From positions 15,501 to 79,500 of the forward strand of contig JANQMU010000125.1 of the NCBI GenBank assembly GCA_028279875.1: a stretch of DNA of 64,000 nucleotides. Direction: 5' to 3'. The position numbers and the translations under genes were made by a program. The notes below the pieces were generated by a model, which made no database searches, had not been told where the DNA came from, and saw nothing but the letters and a program-made list of their open reading frames with translations. This DNA comes from Rhizobiaceae bacterium (GTDB taxonomy: Bacteria; Pseudomonadota; Alphaproteobacteria; Rhizobiales; Rhizobiaceae). Positions 1 to 10,087 of the stretch are shown here, piece after piece. How positions within the stretch are numbered: position 1 is the first letter of the stretch; every line of letters begins with the position of its first letter.

Positions 1-1639
1 GAATCTTGGCGAATCGCAATCCGCGCTGTCATCGATTTCAGAATCTCCGTTTGCCGGCGTAAGCAAGAGCCAGATCACGGAAATCGGGACGGAAATCGAC
101 AGCTACATTGCCTCCGTCGACCAGGTCGCCGGCATTATCGCCAAGCAAAACGGCATCCGGGAAAACACACTCGATGTGCTCGGCCGGCAGATGCAGGATA
201 CCTATCTGACCGTTGTCGATAAAATCGTCGCACGCCAGGACGTGCTCGGCCCGGCGGGCGCGGCGACCGTTTCCAACACCAAATGGTTCGGGCTGATCTT
301 CTCGATCGTCGCCGTCATCCTCGGCGCCGGGATTGCGTTCTTTCTGTCCAACCGCATTTCCGCCAGCGTTGAGAAAATGGCCGCGGTCATGGATGAGATG
401 TCGGAGGGCAATTACGAGATCGAGGTGAAGGGCGCCGAACATCAGAACGAAATCGGAATGATGGCGCGCGCGCTCGAGAAGTTCAAGGAAGCGGCGAATG
501 AGCGGATCCGTCTTGAACAGGAAAACGCCGAGGGCCGCAAACACGCCGACGAGGCGCAGCGCGAGCGCGAACAGGTCAGCGAAAGCCTGACACGGGCGGT
601 CGACCTTCTCGGCGACGGTCTGACCCGTCTTGCCGAAGGCGATCTCACGGTCAAGCTCGAGGAACCGTTCATTGAAAGCATCGATCAGCTTCGGCTGAAC
701 TTCAACGCTTCGGTGGAAAAACTACAGCAGACGATGACCGAAATCCGCACCAACACCGTCTCGATCGACGAAAGCGCCAACGAGATGCAGACCGCCGTGG
801 ACGAGCTTTCCAAGCGGACCGAGCAGCAGGCCGCTTCACTGGAAGAGACGTCGGCGGCGCTGGAGCAGGTTACAGCCACCGTCAAGAGCACATCGGAACG
901 CTCGGACGAGGCGTCGGAAATGGCCACGACTGCGCGCGGCAGCGCCGAGGAATCCGGCAAGGTCGTCGCCAGCGCGATCGAGGCGATGGGGCGGATCGAG
1001 GGCGCGTCATCGGAGATCTCGAACATCATCAATGTCATCGACGAAATCGCCTTCCAGACCAATCTGCTGGCCCTCAATGCCGGGGTCGAGGCGGCGCGCG
1101 CCGGCGATGCCGGCAAGGGCTTTGCGGTGGTGGCGCAGGAAGTGCGCGAACTGGCGCAGCGATCCGCCGGTGCCGCCAAGGACATCAAGGCCCTGATCAC
1201 CAAATCGGGCGAAGAGGTCGGCAGCGGCGTGGAACTGGTCACGGCAACCGGTGCGGCGCTCGACACCATCACCGGCCATGTCAATGAGATCGCCAGCCAT
1301 ATCGAGTCCATTGCGACCGCCGCCAAGGAGCAGTCATCGGGCCTGCAGGAGATCAATATGGCGGTCAATCAGATGGACCAGACCACACAGAACAATGCGG
1401 CGATGGTCGAGGAGGCAACGGCCGTCACCCACCGGGTCGGCGAGGATGTCCGGAGCCTTTCCGGCCAGGTCGGCCAGTTCAATGTCGGCAGTGTCTCCGA
1501 ACTTGCCGCCGTCGCACAGGCCGCGACGGAACAGCCAACCCCCGTCGCGGACAAAACGCCTCCGAAGCCGGCCAGGCATGCAACGCCCGTCGTCGATGGA
1601 AACACGGCACTCAAGGCCGACGACTGGGACGAATTCTGA
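1..1639 (+). CDS. Methyl-accepting chemotaxis protein (5' end outside window)
   Basis: Frame is open from base 2. TM helix, HAMP region, signalling hairpin IAFQTNLLALNAGVEAARAGDAGKGFAVVAQEVRELAQRS, C-terminal DWDEF pentapeptide. Confidence 0.95.
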   Translation, partial: NLGESQSALSSISESPFAGVSKSQITEIGTEIDSYIASVDQVAGIIAKQNGIRENTLDVLGRQMQDTYLTVVDKIVARQDVLGPAGAATVSNTKWFGLIFSIVAVILGAGIAFFLSNRISASVEKMAAVMDEMSEGNYEIEVKGAEHQNEIGMMARALEKFKEAANERIRLEQENAEGRKHADEAQREREQVSESLTRAVDLLGDGLTRLAEGDLTVKLEEPFIESIDQLRLNFNASVEKLQQTMTEIRTNTVSIDESANEMQTAVDELSKRTEQQAASLEETSAALEQVTATVKSTSERSDEASEMATTARGSAEESGKVVASAIEAMGRIEGASSEISNIINVIDEIAFQTNLLALNAGVEAARAGDAGKGFAVVAQEVRELAQRSAGAAKDIKALITKSGEEVGSGVELVTATGAALDTITGHVNEIASHIESIATAAKEQSSGLQEINMAVNQMDQTTQNNAAMVEEATAVTHRVGEDVRSLSGQVGQFNVGSVSELAAVAQAATEQPTPVADKTPPKPARHATPVVDGNTALKADDWDEF

Positions 1640-1655
1640 CCGGAACCGCCCACCC

Positions 1656-1693
1656 GAAAAAGCGCGCCATCATCGCATGGCGCGCTTTTCTTT
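1656..1693. terminator. Probable bidirectional intrinsic terminator
   Basis: Stem AAAAGCGCGCCAT / loop CATCGC / ATGGCGCGCTTTT with A- and T-rich ends, between convergent MCP and iorB stops. Confidence 0.85.
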
Positions 1694-1704
1694 GACGGCA
1701 ATCG

Positions 1705-3267
1705 TCAAGCGCCGTCCTCGATCTGCGCCAGTTTCATCTCAAGCGCATCGGTCCCTTCCTCCGACAGTGCCGCGTCGCGCAGCACCCGCATTTGTTCGGC
1801 CGCATCGGGCCTGCCCTTCAACCGTTCGACCATCGACAGGATCCGGTCGAATTTCGATTGCCCGCGGGCATGGGTATCCGAATAGCCCTTGATCAGCCGC
1901 CGGCAGACGAGCACTTCGACACCGAGATTGTAATCATGCGCGCGCACGGACAGCGCAAGATCGAACCATTCTTTCCAGTGCGCCTCCTCGACCGCATGGC
2001 GCCGAAGCCGGCGCCGCACCGGTCGCAGCGCCGCCAGCACCCAGAGGCTGAGATAGCCGAACAGCGTATCCGTCCTGACCCGCCGCCCGCGATTGACCAG
2101 CCGATCGAGCAGGGCGAACCAGCGCGGGCGGTTCTCGATCCAGCGGCCGAGGCCGGCCGGCAGCGTGCCGCAAACTTCCTGGGCGCGGGGATGAAAATAT
2201 TCGGTAACCTGCAGCACGGTCTGCGGAGCGGCGCCAATCTCCTTGCGCACGCGTTCTGTCCGGACCGTGCGCAATTTCAGATCCGCGACCCGGATGATAT
2301 CGTCATAAACCATCGCATTGGCCAGATATTTGGCAGCCTCGATGCTGAACCGCCAGGCGTGATCCTCGCCGTCCGCCGCAACGGCCCGCTGGAGCCCGTC
2401 GAGATAGGCGCGCCCATATTCGACATCCTGATAGTCGACCACTTTGCGCAAACCGGCGGTCGCCATGGCCCGGACCGGCTCGGGCCATTGCTCGATCCGT
2501 CCGGTCAATGCACTCCAGGCTTTGAGCAGTGCCGGCGGACCTTTGACCTGAAGCGCCTTTTTCCCCGCCGCGTCGGCGGACAGCCCGGCGTCGGCATCGC
2601 CTTTCTCACCGGCCTCGGCGCGGTCGAAACAGGCGGAAAACGCCTTGAGGCTGGCCTCGACGCCGCGTCCCGAGGCGCGGACAACATCTTCAAAGCTTTG
2701 CCGCCCAAAGGGCAGTGCGCCGGACCCGGCGAGCGCGCCGAACAGGCTCGCGGAGATCACCGTCCCGGCCGCCTGGGCCTCGCTTTCCATGTCGAAGGCG
2801 ATGACGTTTTTCGCCGCCGTGTCGGCGCGCTCGATCACCTTGCGCGGGTCGCGGCGTCCGTCTCCGGGCACGATTTTTTCAGACACGGCCAAAATGCGGT
2901 GGGAGGACATGATCAGGGTGGTACGGTCCGGGGTGACGAAACCGCGAATGATGGCGCGGCCCGCCTCCATCAGCTCGGCGGCGATCATGATATCGACGTC
3001 GCCGGCGGCCGGCGTCAGCGAAAAGACCGGCTCCCTGCCGGTATCCGGGGTCATCTCGACATAGTAGATCGTCGCGCCGGTGCGCTGCGCGACCCCGGCA
3101 ACTGAAGTCGATTGCGCCCGGTAGCCATTGGCCTCGGCCACGCCGACAATCCAGTCCGTCAGCACGCCGCCGCCCTGGCCGCCGACCGCCAGGATTGCCA
3201 GTTTGATGATATCGCCCGTCGTGTCGGCGCCGTGCTTTTCGGTCCCGGTCAGTTCCGCGATATCCAT
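1705..3267 (-). CDS. iorB: Indolepyruvate ferredoxin oxidoreductase beta subunit family protein with C-terminal extension
   Basis: LAVGGQGGGVL and GVAQRTGAT POR-gamma motifs; C-terminal LIKGYSDTH region; directly downstream of iorA. Confidence 0.88.
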   Translation of the reverse strand: MDIAELTGTEKHGADTTGDIIKLAILAVGGQGGGVLTDWIVGVAEANGYRAQSTSVAGVAQRTGATIYYVEMTPDTGREPVFSLTPAAGDVDIMIAAELMEAGRAIIRGFVTPDRTTLIMSSHRILAVSEKIVPGDGRRDPRKVIERADTAAKNVIAFDMESEAQAAGTVISASLFGALAGSGALPFGRQSFEDVVRASGRGVEASLKAFSACFDRAEAGEKGDADAGLSADAAGKKALQVKGPPALLKAWSALTGRIEQWPEPVRAMATAGLRKVVDYQDVEYGRAYLDGLQRAVAADGEDHAWRFSIEAAKYLANAMVYDDIIRVADLKLRTVRTERVRKEIGAAPQTVLQVTEYFHPRAQEVCGTLPAGLGRWIENRPRWFALLDRLVNRGRRVRTDTLFGYLSLWVLAALRPVRRRLRRHAVEEAHWKEWFDLALSVRAHDYNLGVEVLVCRRLIKGYSDTHARGQSKFDRILSMVERLKGRPDAAEQMRVLRDAALSEEGTDALEMKLAQIEDGA

Positions 3268-3271
3268 GCGG

Positions 3272-5422
3272 CTATTGCTCCAGGAAGATCAGGTGGCGGG
3301 CTTCGCGGCGGGCCTGCAGCCATCCGGTCACCCGGCGCCGCAGGCGGTCGGCGAACCGTTCGAGACGGCCGGGATTGAACACCGTGTCGGCCTGGTAGAA
3401 GGACGGGCACAGCACGGCGGCATCGGCGACTTCGCCGCAATTGCCGCAGCCGACGCAGCTCTGGTCGATATGGGCCACCGGGTCGTCGCGCAGCGGGTCG
3501 TCAAGCGTCTTGACCGACAGCGACGGACAGCCCGACAAGCGCATGCAGGCATGATCGCCGGTGCACACATCCTCATCGACGCCGAAGCGCGGTTTGACGA
3601 CCCGGCTGCCCTTGTCGATCGCCGCCTTGACCAGCGGGCGCTCGCGGCGCTGCTTGTTGAGCATGCATTCAGAGGACGCGATGATGACCTTCGGCCCCTT
3701 TTCGTTGGTGGTCAGCGCCTCCTTCAGGGTTTCAGCGACCTTGCCGACATCATAGGTGCGGTCGATCTGGCGCACCCAGTTCACACCGATGCCCTTGACG
3801 GCATCGGTGATCGGATGCTTGGTCGATTTGGACCGATTGACGGCCCGCGACGACAGGATGTCCTGGCCGCCGGTCGCCGCCGAATAGTAATTGTCGACGA
3901 CGACGATGACACCGTCATTCTGGTTGAAGACGGCATTGCCGATGGACGACGTGAGGCCGTTGTGCCAGAAGCCGCCATCGCCGACGAAGGAAATGGAGCG
4001 CCGGTCGGCGTCCGGCGCGTTGAAGGCGGAGGCCGAGGCGGGGCCGAGACCGTAGCCCATGGTGGTGGCGCCCAGCCCGAAGGGCGGCATGATGGAAAAC
4101 AGGTGGCAGCCAATATCGGAAGCGATGTGGTGGTTGCCGAGTTCGTTTTCGACAAGCTTGGTGGCGGCGAATATCGGCCGTTCCGGGCAACCGGTGCAAA
4201 AGCCGGGCGGACGGGCCGGCACTGCGGCCGCCAGATCGCCCATCGCATCGGCCTGGGGCACATTGGGGGCGCGATCGCGGTCCGAAAGCGACGTCGGGGC
4301 GTGATCCCTGAGGAAGGCACGCAGCCCGTCCAGCATCAGTTGGCCGGTATATTCCCCGGCCTCCGGCAGCGGTCCCTTGCCGGTCAGGCGCGTGGTCGCG
4401 CCGGCCTTGTAGAGCATGGCGCCGATCGCCTGTTCGATATAGGCGGGCTGCCCTTCCTCGACCACCAGCACCGCATCCTTGCCGGCGCAAAAGCCGGTGA
4501 TTTCACTGTCGATCAGCGGATAGGCGACGTTCAGGACATAGAGCGGCACATCGGTCTCGCCATGGATGTCGGCAAGGCCGAGGCGCTGCAGGGCGCGAAT
4601 GACGCCGTTATACATGCCGCCTTGCAGGATGATGCCGACCTTGGCGTCTTCAGGACCGAAGAATTCATTGAGCGCGTTTTCGCGGATGTATTCGATCGCC
4701 GCCGGCAGGCGCTTTTTGACCTTTTCCTGTTCGTGCAGGAACGACGCCGGCGGCAGAACGATGCGGTTGAGATCGCGTTTCGGATTTTCCAGGGCCTGCG
4801 CCACGCTCATCCCGGGTCTCTGGTTGGCGCGCGTCTCGAACTGGCCATGCACGTGGCAACAGCGGATCCGAACCTCCAGCATCACCGGTGTGTTGGTGGC
4901 CTCGGAGAGTTCGAACCCGTCCTTGACGGCCTTGACGATCGAGGGAAGGTTGGGACGCGGATCGAGCAGCCAGACCTGGCTCTTGGTGGCGAAAGCGTGG
5001 CTTCTTTCCTGCATGATGGAGGAGCCTTCTCCGTAATCCTCGCCGACGATGATCAGCGCGCCGCCGGTGACGCCGCCGGAGGCCAGATTGGCAAGCGCAT
5101 CGGAGGCGACGTTGGTGCCGACGGTCGATTTGAAGGTCACGGCGCCGCGGATCGGATAGTGAACGGACGCCGCCAGCATGGCGGTGGCCGCCGCTTCGGA
5201 GGCGCTCGCCTCGAAATGCACGCCGAGTTCGGAGAGGATGTCCTGGGCGTCGGCAAGCACGTCCATCAAATGGCTGATCGGCGCCCCTTGATAGCCACCG
5301 ACATAGCCGACGCCATTTTCCAGGAGCGCCTTGGTAATAGCCAGGATGCCCTCCCCGCGGAAGGTTTCGCCTTCACCCATTTTCAGCTTTTGAACTTCCC
5401 TGGCAAAAGACCGTTCAGCCAT
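3272..5422 (-). CDS. iorA: Indolepyruvate ferredoxin oxidoreductase alpha subunit
   Basis: GYQGAP, RPPGFCTGCPER, DIGCH, TPP-binding GDGGFWHNG, C-terminal ferredoxin Cys motifs (CTGDHAC..GCP, CVGCGNC). Confidence 0.92.
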   Translation of the reverse strand: MAERSFAREVQKLKMGEGETFRGEGILAITKALLENGVGYVGGYQGAPISHLMDVLADAQDILSELGVHFEASASEAAATAMLAASVHYPIRGAVTFKSTVGTNVASDALANLASGGVTGGALIIVGEDYGEGSSIMQERSHAFATKSQVWLLDPRPNLPSIVKAVKDGFELSEATNTPVMLEVRIRCCHVHGQFETRANQRPGMSVAQALENPKRDLNRIVLPPASFLHEQEKVKKRLPAAIEYIRENALNEFFGPEDAKVGIILQGGMYNGVIRALQRLGLADIHGETDVPLYVLNVAYPLIDSEITGFCAGKDAVLVVEEGQPAYIEQAIGAMLYKAGATTRLTGKGPLPEAGEYTGQLMLDGLRAFLRDHAPTSLSDRDRAPNVPQADAMGDLAAAVPARPPGFCTGCPERPIFAATKLVENELGNHHIASDIGCHLFSIMPPFGLGATTMGYGLGPASASAFNAPDADRRSISFVGDGGFWHNGLTSSIGNAVFNQNDGVIVVVDNYYSAATGGQDILSSRAVNRSKSTKHPITDAVKGIGVNWVRQIDRTYDVGKVAETLKEALTTNEKGPKVIIASSECMLNKQRRERPLVKAAIDKGSRVVKPRFGVDEDVCTGDHACMRLSGCPSLSVKTLDDPLRDDPVAHIDQSCVGCGNCGEVADAAVLCPSFYQADTVFNPGRLERFADRLRRRVTGWLQARREARHLIFLEQ

Positions 5423-5483
5423 CTGTATCTCCTGCTCTCATCGCCGACCGGCCGGTCCGACGCGCGGCCCGACCGGTCTACGC

Positions 5484-5984
5484 TCAAAAATCGTGCTTGC
5501 GGATATTGCGCAGTATCCTTTGCAGCGTGTCGACAAACCGCCGATGTTCCTCGGCCGGAATACCCGCGAACATGGTGTGATAGGTCCGTGCAAACAGCGG
5601 CCACGCTTCGTTGAACAGGGCGCGGCCCTTGTCGGTGATATGGATATGCCGGACCCGACTGTCGGTCGCGCCGGCCTGCCGTCGGATCAGCTTTTCGCTT
5701 TCCAGGGCGTCGAGCGTGCGGCTCAGCGTCGACTGTTCGATCACCGCATAGACGGCCAGTTCATTGGTCATCAGGCCATCGGTGACGGAAAGAACCGCCA
5801 GCGTCCGCATCTTGGCGACCGACTGGCCGGCCTCGCCGAGGCTTTCCTGCAGGCTCTGATTGTAGCGTCCCATGATGCGGTTCAGCAGATAGGGCGCGAA
5901 GTGCCGAAGGCCGATCTCGCCCAGCGATTTCGGCACCGGTATCGGCTCAGCGTCCTGGCCGGTCCGTGGCGCGCTTTCGTTCAT
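5484..5984 (-). CDS. MarR family transcriptional regulator
   Basis: PYLLNR, wHTH QSTLSRTLDALE, DSRVRHIHITDKG. Start moved to the ATG at 5984 after a GAGGAAG RBS. Confidence 0.9.
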   Translation of the reverse strand: MNESAPRTGQDAEPIPVPKSLGEIGLRHFAPYLLNRIMGRYNQSLQESLGEAGQSVAKMRTLAVLSVTDGLMTNELAVYAVIEQSTLSRTLDALESEKLIRRQAGATDSRVRHIHITDKGRALFNEAWPLFARTYHTMFAGIPAEEHRRFVDTLQRILRNIRKHDF

Positions 5985-6103
5985 TTCTTCCCTCGGGCCG
6001 GGTCGCGACCTTGATTGCAGCGATCGAACGCGGTATCGGCCGGACGACGATGCCCATTCGTTCCGCCGCGCCCGGTGATACCATCCATCGAGCGGATGCA
6101 TAT

Positions 6104-6121
6104 TAATTGCATATGCAATTA
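6104..6121. promoter_or_regulatory. Perfect 18-bp palindrome, candidate MarR operator
   Basis: TAATTGCATATGCAATTA, about 120 bp upstream of marR. Confidence 0.6.
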
Positions 6122-6366
6122 TCATTCAAGGTCTGTGATAAAGAAATCGACCGCAACATCACTAAATGACTGCAGGCGGGATTGAATTTCGATTGGGCTA
6201 ACAGTAACAGCACCGGAAGATATATGCATTCAAATTATTTTATACTTAAAATATTTTATGTCCTCGACCGTGCGAAGGCGATGGACCAGAGGGATGTGGC
6301 GATCGAGCGCCCTTCGCCGTGTTACACGACGGCCATTTGCGTCATCGGCAGCAAAGCGCCTTGAAA

Positions 6367-7212
6367 TCAGGTCAAAGGCCGATCCATCGGCAATATGATA
6401 CTGTCGTTCGGTACGTGATCCAGCGGGGTTTTTGCCGCTCCGGGATCGTCGGCCAGGTAATTGTTCAAGCCTTCGCATATGGTCTTGAGACGATCCAGCA
6501 CCGCGAGGTCGCCGAGGCCGCTGCGACAGTGGCTGTTGATCGCCGCGATGACTGCGCCGTGCTCGTCACGCACCGGAAAGACAATCCCGGCACGTCGATC
6601 GCCCTCGTCCTCTGATCCGGCCACATAGCCCTTGGCGGCGAGCGCTTCTGCCACATCCCGCAACGCGGCGCCTTGCCCGGCGCGGTCGACTTCGATCCGA
6701 TGGCTGTCCATGAAATCGAAATATCGCACGATCTGCGCTTCCGGCATGGTCGCCAGGAGTGCTTTGCCCGGCATTGTGGCGTGCAATGGCGTGGTCATGC
6801 CGATATAGCCGACGGGCACGTCCCGCCGGGGAGGCTCCACGGAAACAAGGCGCACGCAATACCACCCGAGGCGCACGAACAGTTCCGCCTCCTCGTCCGT
6901 ATCAAGCACCAGTTGGCGCAGGACAGGGATCCCCGGCTCCCGGAGGCCATAGCCTTCGAGAAATGCGGATACGAGAATCGCCGTCTTCTGGCCGGCGCGG
7001 TATTTCGATGAATAGCTGATTCGTTCGGCAAATCCGGTCGCTTCCAGGGTCGCAAGTGCGCGGTGGGCAACACTCGTGTTCATGCCGAGCCGGCGGGCGG
7101 TCTCCGCAATGCTCACCGGCTCGCTCACCTGGCAAAGCACGCCGAGCACCTTCAGCGCGTGACGGGTTGTCTGACCCTGACTGGATGGCACGGGTTTGGC
7201 TGAAATGCTCAA
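6367..7212 (-). CDS. IclR family transcriptional regulator
   Basis: N-terminal HTH (ETARRLGMNTSVAHRALATLEATGF), PLHATMPGKALLA effector motif; TTG start overlaps the upstream TGA. Confidence 0.88.
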   Translation of the reverse strand: MSISAKPVPSSQGQTTRHALKVLGVLCQVSEPVSIAETARRLGMNTSVAHRALATLEATGFAERISYSSKYRAGQKTAILVSAFLEGYGLREPGIPVLRQLVLDTDEEAELFVRLGWYCVRLVSVEPPRRDVPVGYIGMTTPLHATMPGKALLATMPEAQIVRYFDFMDSHRIEVDRAGQGAALRDVAEALAAKGYVAGSEDEGDRRAGIVFPVRDEHGAVIAAINSHCRSGLGDLAVLDRLKTICEGLNNYLADDPGAAKTPLDHVPNDSIILPMDRPLT

Positions 7213-8117
7213 TTTAGCGGATCTGGCTCATCGAGCTGAAGCTGCGCCACCCTGTTGATGTCATCGGCGATCACCTTCAAACGGGGAATGAGTGCGAGCA
7301 GTTCCTCCTCTGAAATCGACGCGCTTGCGCCGACGACCGTGATCGAGGCGTGCGGGCGGCCGTTCCTGCCCAGTACGGGAAACGACACGGCGCGAACACC
7401 GAGATAGTGATCTTCCAGCCCCCTGGCAAAACCGGCGTCGCGAATGGACTGCAAATTCGCCAGCAGCGCGGCCGGGTCGACAAGGCTGTTTTCCGTCATT
7501 TTCCGGAGCGGCGCATTGTCCCTGATATAGCGCCGGATCTCGTCTTTGCCGAGGAAGGCGAGAATGGCGCGCGACCCCGAACTGATGTGAAGCGGAACCG
7601 GCACGCCCTGGACCACGCGCGTCAGACCGGACCGTCGGCCATCGACCCCATGAACCGGTATCTGACACTGCCCTGCTGGAATCTGAAGCGACACCGTCAG
7701 CCCGGTCACGGACTGGATTTGATCCATGAATGGCTGGCATACGCTTTTCACGTCGACGTTCTGGACGCTGTCATTGGCAAGGCTCAGAACGCCATAGCCG
7801 AGTTCGTATCGCCGTGTGTCCTCGCGCTGGACGACAAAGCCCTCATCGGCCAGGACCTGCAATGAACGGTGCACCAGGTTTTTTGTCATGCCGAGCCGCG
7901 CGGCCAGTTCCGACGTTCCAAGCGTCGGCATGCCTTTTGTGAATTCGGAAAGAATGCGCAATGTCCGGGCCGTCGACTTGTTGACGTATTTGACGTTTTC
8001 CGAACTCAGAAACGTTTCGTTTTCATCTTGCACAACCAGGCCCGGGAACTGCGATTGGAAACATTTGGCGGCTTCGACAAAAATCAAATCCGCGACCGGC
8101 GCATCCAATAGAGGCAT
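7209..8117 (-). CDS. IclR family transcriptional regulator (start uncertain)
   Basis: STARTLRIL, ELAARLGMTKNLVHRSLQVL, PLHISSGSRAILAF, IRDAGFA..GVRAVSFPV. Confidence 0.88.
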   Translation of the reverse strand: MPLLDAPVADLIFVEAAKCFQSQFPGLVVQDENETFLSSENVKYVNKSTARTLRILSEFTKGMPTLGTSELAARLGMTKNLVHRSLQVLADEGFVVQREDTRRYELGYGVLSLANDSVQNVDVKSVCQPFMDQIQSVTGLTVSLQIPAGQCQIPVHGVDGRRSGLTRVVQGVPVPLHISSGSRAILAFLGKDEIRRYIRDNAPLRKMTENSLVDPAALLANLQSIRDAGFARGLEDHYLGVRAVSFPVLGRNGRPHASITVVGASASISEEELLALIPRLKVIADDINRVAQLQLDEPDPLN

Positions 8118-8259
8118 TTCCCCACAGGCTGTCAAGTTAACCGGTCCGGTGCGGACGCCCGCCCGTTTCAACGCGGACCGGTGCCGGCCGTTCCGCAATT
8201 TCCGCGCCCGCCAGGCGATGGGACAACGCTGATGTCGACCCCCGATGGGCGTGCAGATT

Positions 8260-9285
8260 TCACGGCGTTTTATCGCGCACCGCATCGATTGCCCGGTGGC
8301 TCTGATCGATAAACCGCCGCTTGGTGTCCTGCGGTATGAAGGCAGATCGGAACGCGTTTTCCTGTACCGTGGCCAGCCCATCAAGATCCAGCAGGCCGCG
8401 TTCCATCAGGATGCGGTAATGATTGCTCAGATGGCCGTCGAAATAGGACGGATCATCCGTATGCAGCGAGACGTTCAGACCCCTTTCCAGCAATCTTGGG
8501 AAATTGTGCCGTTCGAGACCGTCGAACACCTTGAGATGGACATTGGACAGCGGACAGACCGTCAGCGGCATGTCGCGCTCGACCAGTTCGTCCATCAGGC
8601 TTTCATCCGCCTCGCACCCGACACCATGGTCGATGCGATCGACATTCAGCTCCCAAACCGCCTGGCGGATATAGTCCGCTGGCCCCTCTTCGCCGGCATG
8701 GGCAACCGCATGCCAGCCAAAGCCCCGCGCCAATTCGAAACATGCCTTGAACGGAGCCGGCGGGAAACCGTTCTCGGCGCCGTGGAGACCGACGGAGATG
8801 ATGTCGTCCCGGTATTTCCGCCCGTAGGTGTTGAGCATGTGCAGCGCCTCTTCCGGCGGCCGATGACGCAGGCAGGCGAGAATGGGGCCGCCGGTGATGC
8901 CGAATTCCCGGCGCGCATCGCCATAGGCGGCGATCACCCCGTCGAAAGCGGCCTCATAGGGCACGCCGCGCTGCGCCGATCCTTGCGGCGAAAACGCCAG
9001 TTCTGCATGAACGATATTGTCCTCATGAGCGCGCCGCAAATAACCGAACGCCAGTTCGTAAACATCCCGTTCGGTGCAGATTGTCATGGAATTCTGCTGC
9101 ATCACCGCGACGAATTCCGCAAGGCCGGAAAACCGGTTCGCCTCGACCATTTCAGCAACCGTCCGGTGCCTGAAATCGATGCCGTTGCGTTGCGCAAAGG
9201 CAAGCGCCTGGTGTGGTTCCAGGCAACCTTCAAGATGGACGTGCAGTTCAACCTTGGGAAGAGCCTGAAGAAAGTCGGAGGTCAT
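8260..9285 (-). CDS. add: Adenosine/adenine deaminase family protein
   Basis: PKVELHVHLEG, HAGEEG, RIDHG, LTVCPLSN, TDDP metal and catalytic motifs. Confidence 0.9.
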   Translation of the reverse strand: MTSDFLQALPKVELHVHLEGCLEPHQALAFAQRNGIDFRHRTVAEMVEANRFSGLAEFVAVMQQNSMTICTERDVYELAFGYLRRAHEDNIVHAELAFSPQGSAQRGVPYEAAFDGVIAAYGDARREFGITGGPILACLRHRPPEEALHMLNTYGRKYRDDIISVGLHGAENGFPPAPFKACFELARGFGWHAVAHAGEEGPADYIRQAVWELNVDRIDHGVGCEADESLMDELVERDMPLTVCPLSNVHLKVFDGLERHNFPRLLERGLNVSLHTDDPSYFDGHLSNHYRILMERGLLDLDGLATVQENAFRSAFIPQDTKRRFIDQSHRAIDAVRDKTP

Positions 9286-9318
9286 GGGTATTCAGTCCGT
9301 GGATGTTGTCGGGGAACG

Positions 9319-10083
9319 TCACGTCAGGCGGCGGTTGACCGCCGCTTCCAGTCCGTCGGCGATGTAGTAAATGATCAGCGCGGCAATCGCCGCAACCATG
9401 GCAGCGCCAAGCGCGATTTCACTGTTGAGATCGGCGCGCGCCAGGAGGAACAGGTTGCCCAACCCCGGAATACCGGTCAGAAACTCGGCAACCATTGCGG
9501 CCAGAATCGCCCGCGACGCCGACAGGCGGATCGATGCGAAAAGATTGGGCAGGGCTGCCGGCAGGGCCACATATTTCAGCTTGCGCCAAGCGGTCGCGCC
9601 ATAGACCTGGCTGACATCATTGGCCGCCGCCGGCAATGATGCCAGACCGGACGATACCATGACGAAGCTCGGAAAGAACGACATCAGCGCCACCATCACG
9701 ACGACCATGCTGACCGTATAACCCATCATCGTTGCCAGAATCGGCACGAAAACCACGATCGGGACGGATCGGACAACGATCGAGCTGACCGATACAAGGC
9801 CCGATGCCAGGGCCGAAAGCCACCCGGCGATGCCGAGAACGGCACCGATCAGCGAACCGAACAGCAGGCCGACGACGGACACCCACAATGTTCTGAGCGT
9901 GTTGTCCAGATAGAGGTGGTAATCGGTGAAGATACTGCGGAAGACCGCCACAGGTGTCGGCAGCACAATCGCATTGAACCCCGCAAGTTCGACATAGACC
10001 TGCCAGGCGATGAACATTACGGCGACCACCCACAGATGCGAAAGCGCGGCCCCTATCCGATTGATCGTGTCTGTCATCACCAT
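9319..10083 (-). CDS. ABC transporter permease (SsuC/TauC type)
   Basis: Multiple TM helices, YGATAWRKLKYVALPAALP, VAEF..GLG. Confidence 0.88.
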   Translation of the reverse strand: MVMTDTINRIGAALSHLWVVAVMFIAWQVYVELAGFNAIVLPTPVAVFRSIFTDYHLYLDNTLRTLWVSVVGLLFGSLIGAVLGIAGWLSALASGLVSVSSIVVRSVPIVVFVPILATMMGYTVSMVVVMVALMSFFPSFVMVSSGLASLPAAANDVSQVYGATAWRKLKYVALPAALPNLFASIRLSASRAILAAMVAEFLTGIPGLGNLFLLARADLNSEIALGAAMVAAIAALIIYYIADGLEAAVNRRLT

Positions 10084-10087
10084 CTCC

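Noticed and set aside
3128-5614. 828-aa + strand ORF (also 1792-3105)
   Set aside because: Antisense shadow of iorA/iorB, typical of high-GC DNA; no motifs.
6182-6364. 60-aa ORF across the AT-rich patch upstream of marR
   Set aside because: No RBS or motif; more likely promoter or intergenic DNA.
8245-9639. 464-aa + strand ORF
   Set aside because: Shadow of the deaminase and permease.
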